Shown here: in pieces, positions 30,311 through 38,960 of the stretch
Numbering within the stretch: position 1 is the stretch's first letter
Layout of the letters: each line of letters starts with the position of its first letter
Sequence record: PV340851.1
Reading direction: 5' to 3' (one strand)
Length of the DNA: 64,000 nt
Translations under genes and position numbers: made by a program
The notes under the pieces: model-generated
Told to the model about the DNA's origin: nothing
What the model saw: the letters and a program-made list of their open reading frames with translations, nothing else
Database searches by the model: none

Positions 30311-31116
30311 TGGAAATACCTGATATTAGAATTAGAAACAGTGAAATTAATATCGAAGATATTAGAATCCCTAGTATCCCAGACTACCTTACAACTACAC
30401 CTCCAATAACAAATTACGTCATACCTCCTGTTGTTCAGGAGGTAGGCGTTCCTATTGTAAATGTTCCTGGTTGTGTGGAAGCACATCCATCGAACGAAGG
30501 TAAAAGTAATAACCTGAATGAGGATGACCCTAAGGGCACCCTCACATTTTGTGATGCAGGTGTGCCAGCTTTTAGTCCGCTGGATTATAACAAAGAGAAG
30601 CTGCAATTTACTAAAGAAGCACCTGTACCACCAGTAAAATCACCAGAAGCACCAGAGACACCTGAGGTAAAACCACCTACAACATCAGAACCACCTGTCA
30701 AGTCAGCTGTTGTTGATTGTCCCACTAGAGAACAAGAATTAAAAAACCCCATAGGAAAAATCCTACAGGGTAATGAAAAAATTATAGGTTATGAGTTAGT
30801 TGGAAAGGAATGTTTGATGGTAACAGAACAACTTAGCGTTCCTGATCAGATTATTGGTAACATTCCTAACGCTGGCAAGGTTACAACTACTGCTGGGATT
30901 GCTGTAATTGCGACGACTTCTGCACTGCTTGCAAAACCTTTTGCTGATCTTTTGTTAAAAGTGGTGAAGCCGACTGTGCAGAAGGTGATGAAGAAGATTG
31001 CGACCCTGAGGGGGAAAACGGTTCCACAGTTAAGCGTAAAGGAGCGCCGAGATCTGCAGCGCGAGAGGACTGAAGCGATTCGTCAGTTGCGCTCGACCTT
31101 GAAACCGAAGGGATAG
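30310..31116 (+). CDS. Hypothetical Pro-rich protein with Cys pairs and a hydrophobic segment
   Basis: PGCVEAH, FCDAGVP, VDCP...C; 268 aa. Confidence 0.75.
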   Translation: MEIPDIRIRNSEINIEDIRIPSIPDYLTTTPPITNYVIPPVVQEVGVPIVNVPGCVEAHPSNEGKSNNLNEDDPKGTLTFCDAGVPAFSPLDYNKEKLQFTKEAPVPPVKSPEAPETPEVKPPTTSEPPVKSAVVDCPTREQELKNPIGKILQGNEKIIGYELVGKECLMVTEQLSVPDQIIGNIPNAGKVTTTAGIAVIATTSALLAKPFADLLLKVVKPTVQKVMKKIATLRGKTVPQLSVKERRDLQRERTEAIRQLRSTLKPKG

Positions 31117-31894
31117 CATGGACGTGTGGATGATCGTGTCCTGGTGGGTTGTTTACTATCACATCTGCACATATTTTGTACATAGGACTCTTGGGATGGA
31201 AACGAATTCCACGCAACATCAAATCGCCACAGTTTTTGAGTCTCGCAATCTCAAAATCTAATCGCTTGTTAGCAGTTAACTGTTGTTGTAGTGCGATCTG
31301 TGTTGCTGCTGCTTCTTTACACTGATCTTGTAACTTTTGATCTATTGGTCTAGACCATGTAGCAGAGAAACCTACTGACAAATTATAATTATCTTTTTGT
31401 CCAGTACGTGTTGGAACATTGTAGAGAATCGAGCCAGGATTATCAGGTGCTCCGTCCTCATCGAGATCTCTCATGTCATATACAGGAGAGTCATAGTAAT
31501 CTTGGTATGGTTTTGATGCTGATGCACTACCTGTTACATAGGGAGTGATGTTTAGCGTCGGTCCTTGACACTGAATTCCTCCTCCATATGTGTTGGTGAT
31601 ATATGGACCTTGTAAAACCTGGATAGCTTGGTTGGTAACCGAGCCAGAGCTATTTGCTACTGGAGCTGCAGTAGCAGAAACACCACCAACAGTTTCTGCA
31701 TTGACAGGTGAGCAAGTTAGAGTGGTAATTACTGCGAGAAGATACTTGTAGTGTCCGTTACGCTTGTCACCTCGGTTGTTCTTTGAATAATTGTATGATT
31801 TTGAAGCCCAGGTCCAGAATAAGTCTCGGTAAACTGAAATGCTGCGCCTGGATTTGTCTGAACGAATGATGGTTTGCTGGTCACACCTGTCCAT
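30887..31894 (-). CDS. Putative exported protein (true start unclear)
   Basis: Signal-peptide-like KYLLAVITTLTCSPVNA then ETVGGVSATAAPVANSSGSVTNQAIQ; only in-frame ATG is about 150 nt upstream. Confidence 0.7.
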   Translation of the reverse strand: MDRCDQQTIIRSDKSRRSISVYRDLFWTWASKSYNYSKNNRGDKRNGHYKYLLAVITTLTCSPVNAETVGGVSATAAPVANSSGSVTNQAIQVLQGPYITNTYGGGIQCQGPTLNITPYVTGSASASKPYQDYYDSPVYDMRDLDEDGAPDNPGSILYNVPTRTGQKDNYNLSVGFSATWSRPIDQKLQDQCKEAAATQIALQQQLTANKRLDFEIARLKNCGDLMLRGIRFHPKSPMYKICADVIVNNPPGHDHPHVHAIPSVSRSSATDESLQSSRAADLGAPLRLTVEPFSPSGSQSSSSPSAQSASPLLTKDQQKVLQAVQKSSQLQQSQQ

Positions 31895-32145
31895 GTCGAA
31901 TTCACTCCGTTAATAGTTACATTATTTGTTCCTGTCCCTGGTGATAAGTTACCAGAAGCAGTTACTCCACTTCCTGTAGCAGAATATTGGTAACCTGTAC
32001 TATAATCCATTGAATTAATAGTTTCGGTTATCTTTTGTGTAGTCTCTGTGTGGCTCGTCATGGAGCCTTGTGTAAAGTTAGGCACCACGGGGACCGCCAT
32101 AGCAGGCGATCCCATAATAAATGCCAACAGAAGTAATCTTTTCAT
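31729..32145 (-). CDS. Putative exported Thr/Ser-rich protein
   Basis: Signal peptide MKRLLLLAFIMGSPAMA; VPVVPNF motif. Confidence 0.8.
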   Translation of the reverse strand: MKRLLLLAFIMGSPAMAVPVVPNFTQGSMTSHTETTQKITETINSMDYSTGYQYSATGSGVTASGNLSPGTGTNNVTINGVNSTWTGVTSKPSFVQTNPGAAFQFTETYSGPGLQNHTIIQRTTEVTSVTDTTSIFSQ

Positions 32146-32153
32146 GATTAACC

Positions 32154-32648
32154 TCAGTCGATAACGGTGATCTCCGAAACGAATTGTCCGATACCACTTG
32201 TACCCGCACCACCAGCAGTCACGGTTAGTACACCTGCACTGGTTACAGTACCAGCTAGTGAACCAGCAGTTCCTGCTGTATAACTTGTAGTGTTGGAGAA
32301 GTTAGGTACAGCACCTACAGTTGGAGCAGCAGTTGGAACTGCATCACCTTGAGTATATGATTGACTAAAGGAGAATGCTGCACCTGCAGTGTCTTGGGTC
32401 GCTTCAATAGTTCCTGGTGCATAGATACCAGAAGTAATAGTACCAGCAGAAACTGTGCCTGCAGTTGACCCGTCCGTAGTATCAATATTTGAACCTGAAA
32501 TACTGAACGAGGAACCAATTCTGGTTGCTTGGGTTCTAGCAGCATCAACAGTGAGTTGAACACTAGAGGCATGTTTGGATACAATTCCGCCTGCATTAGC
32601 AGCAGTAGCGGTCATCAGTAACATAGCAAATGGTAGTAGTTTTTTCAT
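32154..32648 (-). CDS. Putative exported Gly/Ala/Ser/Thr-rich protein
   Basis: Signal peptide MKKLLPFAMLLMTATAANA; minus-strand late promoter ATAAATA at 32681-32687. Confidence 0.8.
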   Translation of the reverse strand: MKKLLPFAMLLMTATAANAGGIVSKHASSVQLTVDAARTQATRIGSSFSISGSNIDTTDGSTAGTVSAGTITSGIYAPGTIEATQDTAGAAFSFSQSYTQGDAVPTAAPTVGAVPNFSNTTSYTAGTAGSLAGTVTSAGVLTVTAGGAGTSGIGQFVSEITVID

Positions 32649-32679
32649 AACCATTCGGAATTTAATTGGGTCCGTGTAA

Positions 32680-32901
32680 TTATTTATCCTTGTTAAAGCT
32701 TTCTCCCTCGAAAGTATACTCAGTCAGCATAGCAAACAGTCTAGTTTTTAGTATATGTAAGTATTCTTGCTCTTCTACTGGTCTTCTGGGACTACCTGGC
32801 CATGTTTCGATAGCGTAACATATGTGACTATAAAGAACCCTAACTTCGTCGATGCCCATGTGCATCTCTATTCCCCATTCTTCTTCAAACGAGGGTTCCA
32901 T
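32680..32901 (-). CDS. Small hypothetical protein
   Basis: GGAGA SD before ATG 32901 (MEPSFEEEW...WPGSPRRP). Confidence 0.6.
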   Translation of the reverse strand: MEPSFEEEWGIEMHMGIDEVRVLYSHICYAIETWPGSPRRPVEEQEYLHILKTRLFAMLTEYTFEGESFNKDK

Positions 32902-33343
32902 GCTGTCTCCTGATCTCCCTAAGTTCTTCAAAGTTCTTTTGTTTAGTTCCTCCATCATATGCCCATGCATATCCTTCTTCAATCATCATTTCATTCAATG
33001 AAACTTCTGCATCTCCAATATATAACCAACCAAGAAGGCGACCGTACTTACCCATACCGCCAACCAACTCAGTTCTAACAGAAAGTTCGTCGTCTCCATT
33101 GATTGCTCCTTCCAACTTATCTTTCATCCAGTTGGTTGCATGAATACCTAACTCTTTTTCTTCAAGATCTCTAGTGCGTTTCTCTGGGGTGTCCACACCA
33201 GCAATTCTAACTCTTTCTTTCTTATAAAGATCGAATCCCAAATCAATAGTTACGTCAATGGTATCACCATCAAGGACTCTGTTGATCTCCACTACTCGAA
33301 AGTTGTAGCAGCTCTTCCTGCTCGGTGGGGTCATGGCTCCCAT
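32885..33343 (-). CDS. Thermonuclease (SNase-like) family nuclease
   Basis: RVLDGDT, RVRIAGVDTPE, KYGRLLG, MIEEGYA. Confidence 0.88.
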   Translation of the reverse strand: MGAMTPPSRKSCYNFRVVEINRVLDGDTIDVTIDLGFDLYKKERVRIAGVDTPEKRTRDLEEKELGIHATNWMKDKLEGAINGDDELSVRTELVGGMGKYGRLLGWLYIGDAEVSLNEMMIEEGYAWAYDGGTKQKNFEELREIRRQHGTLV

Positions 33344-33482
33344 GATCTTGTGCCTCTCTAGTATCAACTATTAGTATATATCTGATCACCCAACAGACTC
33401 CTGCAAGGAGGATGAGGATGCTAATGATCACACTCCACACAGGGTCATTTACATTATCCAGTGGTCTCAGTAATAAATTCAT
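33270..33482 (-). CDS. Small membrane protein
   Basis: Single TM WSVIISILILLAGVCWVI. Confidence 0.6.
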   Translation of the reverse strand: MNLLLRPLDNVNDPVWSVIISILILLAGVCWVIRYILIVDTREAQDHGSHDPTEQEELLQLSSSGDQQSP

Positions 33483-33483
33483 T

Positions 33484-33687
33484 TTATAATGTTATCTGGA
33501 GCCATGGTAATAGTGGTGGAATAACACCAATTAATCGGAGAAGACCTTCAGCAAATAAAGCAAGAACCATCCAACCAACACACATAGAAATAATCCCTGC
33601 ATTGCGGTTGTGGCGTCTGATTGCATCGTCTATCATCTCCTGTACTTCTTGTTTTGTAATTAGATGTTCAGGTTTAATTTCATTCAT
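33484..33687 (-). CDS. Small membrane protein
   Basis: HNRNAGIIS...EGLLRL; hydrophobic C-half. Confidence 0.7.
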   Translation of the reverse strand: MNEIKPEHLITKQEVQEMIDDAIRRHNRNAGIISMCVGWMVLALFAEGLLRLIGVIPPLLPWLQITL

Positions 33688-33830
33688 GGGTTCTTAGGAT
33701 CAATACCTAAACTTTTAAGATACTCTGTCCACCAGTCTGGATCTCTATTTTGTTTCCAATTAGGAACTGGCAATCCATGAAGCGAATAGTATTCATTAAT
33801 CGCTTCATCTATAATCTGTGCGATCTCCAT
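33684..33830 (-). CDS. Small hypothetical protein (48 aa)
   Basis: GAGGAG SD before ATG 33830. Confidence 0.6.
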   Translation of the reverse strand: MEIAQIIDEAINEYYSLHGLPVPNWKQNRDPDWWTEYLKSLGIDPKNP

Positions 33831-34014
33831 ACTCCTCTTCCTCTGCATCAACGTCCTCATATGGATTCTCCAAGAAGGGTCCTCGTTTTCGTAGAGGTTC
33901 TTTTCTGACATAATCCTGTTCTGCATTAACTGCTTCGATCCAAACAGCAAGTTTCATCACAATAAAAATGATGATGAGAGGTGTGAAACAACCGACTAGT
34001 ATAACTGGATTCAT
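33805..34014 (-). CDS. Small membrane protein
   Basis: N-terminal TM followed by acidic tail. Confidence 0.65.
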   Translation of the reverse strand: MNPVILVGCFTPLIIIFIVMKLAVWIEAVNAEQDYVRKEPLRKRGPFLENPYEDVDAEEEEYGDRTDYR

Positions 34015-34160
34015 TTGTGACTTCTATCGAAAGGTTCCCAATGCTCCCATCCATATTTATGGACAAGATGCATTCCTATGATAGGAACGAACACAAGAAA
34101 GAATCCCATGACACCAAGACACCAGGAGGTTTGCATTGTATGTCTAATGAATAAGATCAT
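34011..34160 (-). CDS. Small membrane protein (49 aa), not in ORF track
   Basis: MILFIRHTMQTSWCLGVMGFFLVFVPIIGMHLVHKYGWEHWEPFDRSHK; abuts both neighbours. Confidence 0.6.
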   Translation of the reverse strand: MILFIRHTMQTSWCLGVMGFFLVFVPIIGMHLVHKYGWEHWEPFDRSHK

Positions 34161-34240
34161 TATCTCTTAGGTAATGGCCATGTAATGTGTAACGTGTAGC
34201 ATAGTAAGGTTATAAAACCAAAAACAAATAAAGCACTCAT
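34160..34240 (-). CDS. Very small hydrophobic peptide (26 aa), not in ORF track
   Basis: MSALFVFGFITLLCYTLHITWPLPKR; ATG overlaps the zwf stop. Confidence 0.45.
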   Translation of the reverse strand: MSALFVFGFITLLCYTLHITWPLPKR

Positions 34241-35577
34241 GCTGGGTAATCCCAATCAGTAATTAGATCTACTTTGTGCCATGGTCCCCAACTACCTAGG
34301 TATAGGTAGGGAGCAGTACGTATAGGACATGCCTCACCTACGCATAGCAGATCGGTGACAATACGCCAAGACTCTAGAACTTCTTCTGCATGTACAAAGT
34401 GTGATTGATCACCATTTATAGCATCGTACAGAAGTTTTTCATAACCATCAATTGCTCTGTCTTGTGGGTAGTCATATGTTAATGTAGCAAGTTCAACACC
34501 ATCTGTCAGTCCTGGTGTCTTCATATCCATACGAATATCAAGATGAGGATTTGGTTGTAGACGCATAACGATACGATCACCAGTCTCTCCCTCATACAAT
34601 GCAAGAGGGGGAGTCTTTAGTTTGATCACTACTTCTACACAACCATGAGGCATCTTCTTTCCTGTCAAGAAGTGGAAAGGTACACCTTGCCAACGCCAGT
34701 TATCAATATAGATATCACCTGCAACGAATGTAGGAGTAGATGAGTTAGGATCAACTCCTTCTTCCTGGCGGTAGTCTTCATACTGTCCACAGATTAACTT
34801 GCTACCTAGTCTGGTAGCAGCAAGAACCTTAGTCTTCTCACGTCGAATCTCTGTAGCATTCATCTTGCAAGGAGGTTCCATTGCAATTAGTGCTAGAACC
34901 TGTAGCATATGGTTCTGTAGCATGTCACGTACAGCACCAGCAGTCTCATAGTATTGTGAGCGACCTTCGCAACCGATAGTTTCAGTTGCAAAGATCTGAA
35001 CCTCATCTATGTACTGACGATTCCAAAGTGGTTCCAGCAGAATATTACTAAACCTAGTAGTAAGTATGTTATTAACAGTATCTTTGCCAAGATAATGGTC
35101 AATGCGATATACTTGCTTCTCGCGTAGATGTCGCTCCACCACAGACTGTAGATTATCAGCAGATTGATAATCGTACCCAAAGGGTTTCTCAATAACCACG
35201 CGGGAGTGGTCGGGGTCATCGAGTCTACCTGTCTCTTTAAGATTGATAATTGCGTTAGCATACCTCTCGGGAGGAACAGATAAGAAGTAAGTAGTATCGT
35301 CAAGGTAATCAGGAAGGTGACCGAGAGTATCAACATTGTCTAAGTCTGCCGAAACGTAGTCTAGATGATTTAAAAATTCTTCTGGATATTCACCAAGAGA
35401 TTCTTTCCATTGTGCTGCTGTAGGTGCTCTTCTAGCACATCCTGTAATCAAAAAGTTTTCTGGGAGAAGTTTTTTCTCCCAGAGTTTATGTAGTGCAGGG
35501 ATTAGTTTCTTTTTGCATAGGTCTCCCGTTGCTCCGAAGATAACAATGCCTTTACTAGTGTGCGGTTCCGTTTCCAT
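34237..35577 (-). CDS. zwf: Glucose-6-phosphate dehydrogenase
   Basis: GATGDL, IEKPFG, RIDHYLGKD, RDMLQNH; start at 35577 or 35586. Confidence 0.97.
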   Translation of the reverse strand: METEPHTSKGIVIFGATGDLCKKKLIPALHKLWEKKLLPENFLITGCARRAPTAAQWKESLGEYPEEFLNHLDYVSADLDNVDTLGHLPDYLDDTTYFLSVPPERYANAIINLKETGRLDDPDHSRVVIEKPFGYDYQSADNLQSVVERHLREKQVYRIDHYLGKDTVNNILTTRFSNILLEPLWNRQYIDEVQIFATETIGCEGRSQYYETAGAVRDMLQNHMLQVLALIAMEPPCKMNATEIRREKTKVLAATRLGSKLICGQYEDYRQEEGVDPNSSTPTFVAGDIYIDNWRWQGVPFHFLTGKKMPHGCVEVVIKLKTPPLALYEGETGDRIVMRLQPNPHLDIRMDMKTPGLTDGVELATLTYDYPQDRAIDGYEKLLYDAINGDQSHFVHAEEVLESWRIVTDLLCVGEACPIRTAPYLYLGSWGPWHKVDLITDWDYPA

Positions 35578-35686
35578 CGTAGTCATCTGATTCGTAGTAA
35601 TTGTTTTCACCTTTATATCTTCCAAATGCGATGGTGGCACATACAAAAGGTAGTGCTGCCCAAAGTAAGACATCAGCGAACGTCAT
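35555..35686 (-). CDS. Small membrane peptide (43 aa) bridging gnd and zwf, not in ORF track
   Basis: MTFADVLLWAALPFVCATIAFGRYKGENNYYESDDYDGNGTAH. Confidence 0.6.
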   Translation of the reverse strand: MTFADVLLWAALPFVCATIAFGRYKGENNYYESDDYDGNGTAH

Positions 35687-36707
35687 GACCACCAAACATA
35701 GCTCTCATTCCATTCAAAACCTTGGCTGTGAAAGCACCAAGACGGCGCGACTCAAAACGTGCCCACAACGCACTGCTGATGACAGGAGCGGGTACGCCAA
35801 GATCCACAGCAGCGTGAACAGTCCAACGACCCTCACCACTGTCTGATACGCCCCCATCGAACTTGCTAAGCTCTCGATCGCTGCGTAGTACATCAGCGGT
35901 AAGATCAAGTAACCAACTGCCAACCACGCTACCGCGACGCCAACACTCAGCAACCTCAGCAACGTCAATATCATACTGATAGTCCCTTGGATTATCCATA
36001 GGAGCGACCTCAGCATCGCCCTCCTTAACGTACTTCGACCCAGCATTTGCTTCATGCAGGATATTAAATCCTTCTGCATATGCTTGCATGATTCCATATT
36101 CGATTCCATTATGAACCATCTTTACAAAGTGACCTGCCCCAGCTGGTCCACAGTGTAACCAACCACGTTCAGCAGGTGACTCCCAGCTTCTCTCATCGGT
36201 TCTAGGGGCGGCATCGATTCCTGGTGCGAGCGCATTAAATATACGCGAACAAGCGGAGACTGCAGTATCTCCGCCCCCAACCATAAGACAGTATCCACGA
36301 TCCAAGCCGTAGACACCACCGCTAGTACCACAGTCAATATATTGGATACCCAATTTTGCAAGACGTTCTGCTCTTTGCCTACTGTCTTTAAAATTGCTAT
36401 TGCCATGATCAATAATAATATCTCCTTCACTACAATATCGTAGTAAGTCATTGATAGTGTCCTCCACTAGTTCAGCTGGGATAACTAATTGAAAAATAGC
36501 AGGAACTCTACCTGCAGAACCGCCATTGTGTAGCACTTCTGCTAGTTGCTCTAGACCATAAGCAATGCCATAGACATATCCTTTTTCATATGCTTCTTCT
36601 GCCTTCTTGAGGTTACGTCTGTAACCCCATGTCTCGATCCCTGCTGCCATCATACGGCGAGACATGCCCTCACCCATACGACCGAGACCTATAATACCAA
36701 CCTTCAT
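35673..36707 (-). CDS. gnd: 6-phosphogluconate dehydrogenase
   Basis: MKVGIIGLGRMG, IDHGNS, DCGTSGG, GHFVKMVHNGIEY. Confidence 0.97.
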   Translation of the reverse strand: MKVGIIGLGRMGEGMSRRMMAAGIETWGYRRNLKKAEEAYEKGYVYGIAYGLEQLAEVLHNGGSAGRVPAIFQLVIPAELVEDTINDLLRYCSEGDIIIDHGNSNFKDSRQRAERLAKLGIQYIDCGTSGGVYGLDRGYCLMVGGGDTAVSACSRIFNALAPGIDAAPRTDERSWESPAERGWLHCGPAGAGHFVKMVHNGIEYGIMQAYAEGFNILHEANAGSKYVKEGDAEVAPMDNPRDYQYDIDVAEVAECWRRGSVVGSWLLDLTADVLRSDRELSKFDGGVSDSGEGRWTVHAAVDLGVPAPVISSALWARFESRRLGAFTAKVLNGMRAMFGGHDVR

Positions 36708-36708
36708 C

Positions 36709-36849
36709 TTAGGTTCGGTCGGATTCGTTTCTAAATCTGTCTGCAAGTCTTCCATAGTGTCTGAATTGTTTATCTCCTGCAATAAAGCAGCGTTGTCTTT
36801 TTTCAAGTGCTTCTACGATCATCTCGTATTCTCTAGATGTTAATTCCAT
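36709..36849 (-). CDS. Small hypothetical protein (46 aa)
   Basis: MELTSREYEMIVEAL...; ends just before the gnd ATG. Confidence 0.5.
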   Translation of the reverse strand: MELTSREYEMIVEALEKRQRCFIAGDKQFRHYGRLADRFRNESDRT

Positions 36850-36938
36850 ATTACTGTGCTGATGGATAAGCGTTGTGTAAACTCCACACAACTAAACTAG
36901 TTATAACACTAAAAATAGTGAAAGTTGAGAACACTAAA

Positions 36939-37106
36939 TTAATGCTTTTCATTAGATTCAACTTCTAGATTTTGATCTCGGTAGAGATTTAATTTAGATT
37001 GCAGTTCATCATAAATGTCCCACAAATATTCTGATCCTGTTTTATCTTTGTAGCATTCCACTGCTCGGATGCAGCGAAGAATATCGTCTTCGTTTAGGTG
37101 GTACAT
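36939..37106 (-). CDS. Small hypothetical protein (55 aa), not in ORF track
   Basis: MYHLNEDDILRCIRAVECYKDKTGSEYLWDIYDEL...; minus-strand CTAAATA upstream. Confidence 0.6.
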   Translation of the reverse strand: MYHLNEDDILRCIRAVECYKDKTGSEYLWDIYDELQSKLNLYRDQNLEVESNEKH

Positions 37107-37147
37107 TCGTTCGGCCGTGGTCCAAAATATTTAGTGTCACACTCCAC

Positions 37148-37176
37148 TTGACACCTCTCCAATGTGGTGATATACT
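37148..37176 (+). promoter_or_regulatory. Sigma70-type promoter
   Basis: TTGACA-N17-TATACT. Confidence 0.8.
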
Positions 37177-37205
37177 AGTATAGTACAGTCATTTGAGAAA
37201 TCTTA

Positions 37206-37697
37206 ATGATCGTTGCAGAATTGCCCCCCATCCCTATTGAGCAGGTGGTTTGCAAGGACTGTAATTACAACGAAAAGTTTACATTGTCCTTCCTCCAGAA
37301 GCGTGGAATCACCAACCAGTATGCTCTTGCTACTGTGATGGGTAACATCAAACAGGAGTCACGATTCCATACCAATATCTGTGAAGGTGGTGCTCGCGTA
37401 CCATATCATCAATGCTATAGTGGTGGGTATGGTCTTATTCAATGGACTAGCATCAACCGCTATCGTGGTCTTGGTGCTTTCTGTGCTAAATATGGTCTGG
37501 ATCCCAGCGGTATCGATGGTCAACTGCGTTACATGGTTAACGAATCTCAGTGGACTAAATATGAATTGGTACTGAAGGGCAAAGGATTTTCTATCGAGCA
37601 CTTCATGAACCATGCCTATCCTTGGTTGGGTTGGGGTATCCATGGGAATCGTACAATGTATTCCTATGAGTATCTTGACAAGTTTACTTTCTCCTAG
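37206..37697 (+). CDS. Phage-tail-lysozyme-like cell wall hydrolase
   Basis: VMGNIKQES, GYGLIQWT, QLRYM. Confidence 0.75.
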   Translation: MIVAELPPIPIEQVVCKDCNYNEKFTLSFLQKRGITNQYALATVMGNIKQESRFHTNICEGGARVPYHQCYSGGYGLIQWTSINRYRGLGAFCAKYGLDPSGIDGQLRYMVNESQWTKYELVLKGKGFSIEHFMNHAYPWLGWGIHGNRTMYSYEYLDKFTFS

Positions 37698-37703
37698 TAT
37701 AAT
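37675..37703 (+). promoter_or_regulatory. Sigma70-type promoter for the tRNA cluster
   Basis: Perfect TTGACA-N17-TATAAT overlapping the end of the upstream ORF. Confidence 0.85.
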
Positions 37704-37735
37704 TACAGGGTCGAGAGGCAGTCCGCCTCTCACAT

Positions 37736-37809
<74 letters not shown>

Positions 37810-37813
37810 CCTC

Positions 37814-37885
37814 GCTTGCTTAGCTCAGCGGTAGAGCATCTCGTTTACACCGAGGCGGTCGGCGGTTCGATCCCGTCAGCAAGCA
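37814..37885 (+). tRNA. trnV: tRNA-Val(UAC)
   Basis: Acceptor GCTTGCT/AGCAAGC, anticodon loop TTTACAC, T-loop GTTCGAT; no encoded CCA. Confidence 0.95.
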
Positions 37886-37901
37886 TTGTCTACTACATAC
37901 T

Positions 37902-38078
37902 ATGGACAAGAAAAAAATTAAAGAAGAACTGCAAGAAATTAAATTAGAGTTGGCATACATTAGAGGTATGCTAACTAATTTAGAACGTGAGGTGAGTCCT
38001 AAACCACCTCGCGTTGAGTACGAGCATCCATGGTATGCGTATAAACGTGACCTTGTAAATAGTGTTTCCGAGGACTAG
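37902..38078 (+). CDS. Small hypothetical protein (58 aa), not in ORF track
   Basis: MDKKKIKEELQEIKLELAYIRGML...YEHPWY. Confidence 0.6.
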   Translation: MDKKKIKEELQEIKLELAYIRGMLTNLEREVSPKPPRVEYEHPWYAYKRDLVNSVSED

Positions 38079-38107
38079 ACCTCGATTGAAAGTTATTATC
38101 AAAACTA

Positions 38108-38755
38108 ATGAAAATTTTTCTCGATACAGCTGACTATGATGCCATTGCCGAGCGTTATGCTACTGGTTTGGTTGATGGCATCACTACAAATCCTACACTA
38201 GTTCGTAAGTCTGGTGTGGACTACCTAGAGTTCATCCAGACACTGGCAAATAACTTTGCCTTTGAAAGTATCTCTGCTGAAGTCAATGGCGACACAGCAG
38301 ATGAGATGCTTCGTGATGCTGCAAAGTATATCGAAGTAGGTTCTAACGTCACGATCAAACTTCCCCTCACTAAGGAGGGTCTGATCGCCTGTAAGGAACT
38401 GACTGATGATGGAGTGGAGACTAACGTCACCCTCTGCTTCAGCGCCGCACAAGCAGTCATGGCAGCGAAAGCAGGTGCCACATACATCTCACCTTTTGTG
38501 GGACGTATGAATGACAACTCCTTCAGTGGTGTTGAACTGGTTCGTGCTATCACTGGTTTGTATTGTGCTCAGGGTGCCAAGACTAAGGTTCTTGCTGCAT
38601 CCCTGCGTGATGTCCACCACGTCTCCCGTTGCCTGATGTATGGTGCCAATGTTGTAACATTGCCCCCAACAGTCTTCGATAAGATGTATAATCACGTACT
38701 GACAGACTCAGGTCTGGCAATTTTTGCAAAAGATTTTAAAGAGATCAATGGTTGA
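38108..38755 (+). CDS. talC: Transaldolase (TalC type)
   Basis: MKIFLDTAD, GITTNPTL, IKLP, TNVTLCFS, YISPFVGR, LAASLR. Confidence 0.97.
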   Translation: MKIFLDTADYDAIAERYATGLVDGITTNPTLVRKSGVDYLEFIQTLANNFAFESISAEVNGDTADEMLRDAAKYIEVGSNVTIKLPLTKEGLIACKELTDDGVETNVTLCFSAAQAVMAAKAGATYISPFVGRMNDNSFSGVELVRAITGLYCAQGAKTKVLAASLRDVHHVSRCLMYGANVVTLPPTVFDKMYNHVLTDSGLAIFAKDFKEING

Positions 38756-38960
38756 ATTGAGTATTGTAGAATTCGAGAAAGACTTTGATGCATACATGGA
38801 TCGCATTGAAGCAGGTGAATCATTCATCATTCGCCAACCAGATGGTCGTGGCGTAGTTGCCTGTCCTGCTGGTGAGATTGAAGAAATCTGTGATAAACTT
38901 GGTGTGGAAGATGTTGATGAACTAGTTGACATTCATTCAAATCATGATGAAGCTTGTTAA
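38748..38960 (+). CDS. Phd/YefM antitoxin-like small protein
   Basis: SIVEFEKDFDAYMDRIEAGESFII pattern. Confidence 0.55.
   Translation: MVELSIVEFEKDFDAYMDRIEAGESFIIRQPDGRGVVACPAGEIEEICDKLGVEDVDELVDIHSNHDEAC

Noticed and set aside
36708-36806. 33-aa N-terminal extension of Gnd in the ORF track
   Set aside because: The Rossmann motif starts right after ATG 36707, and the upstream region is occupied by another small ORF
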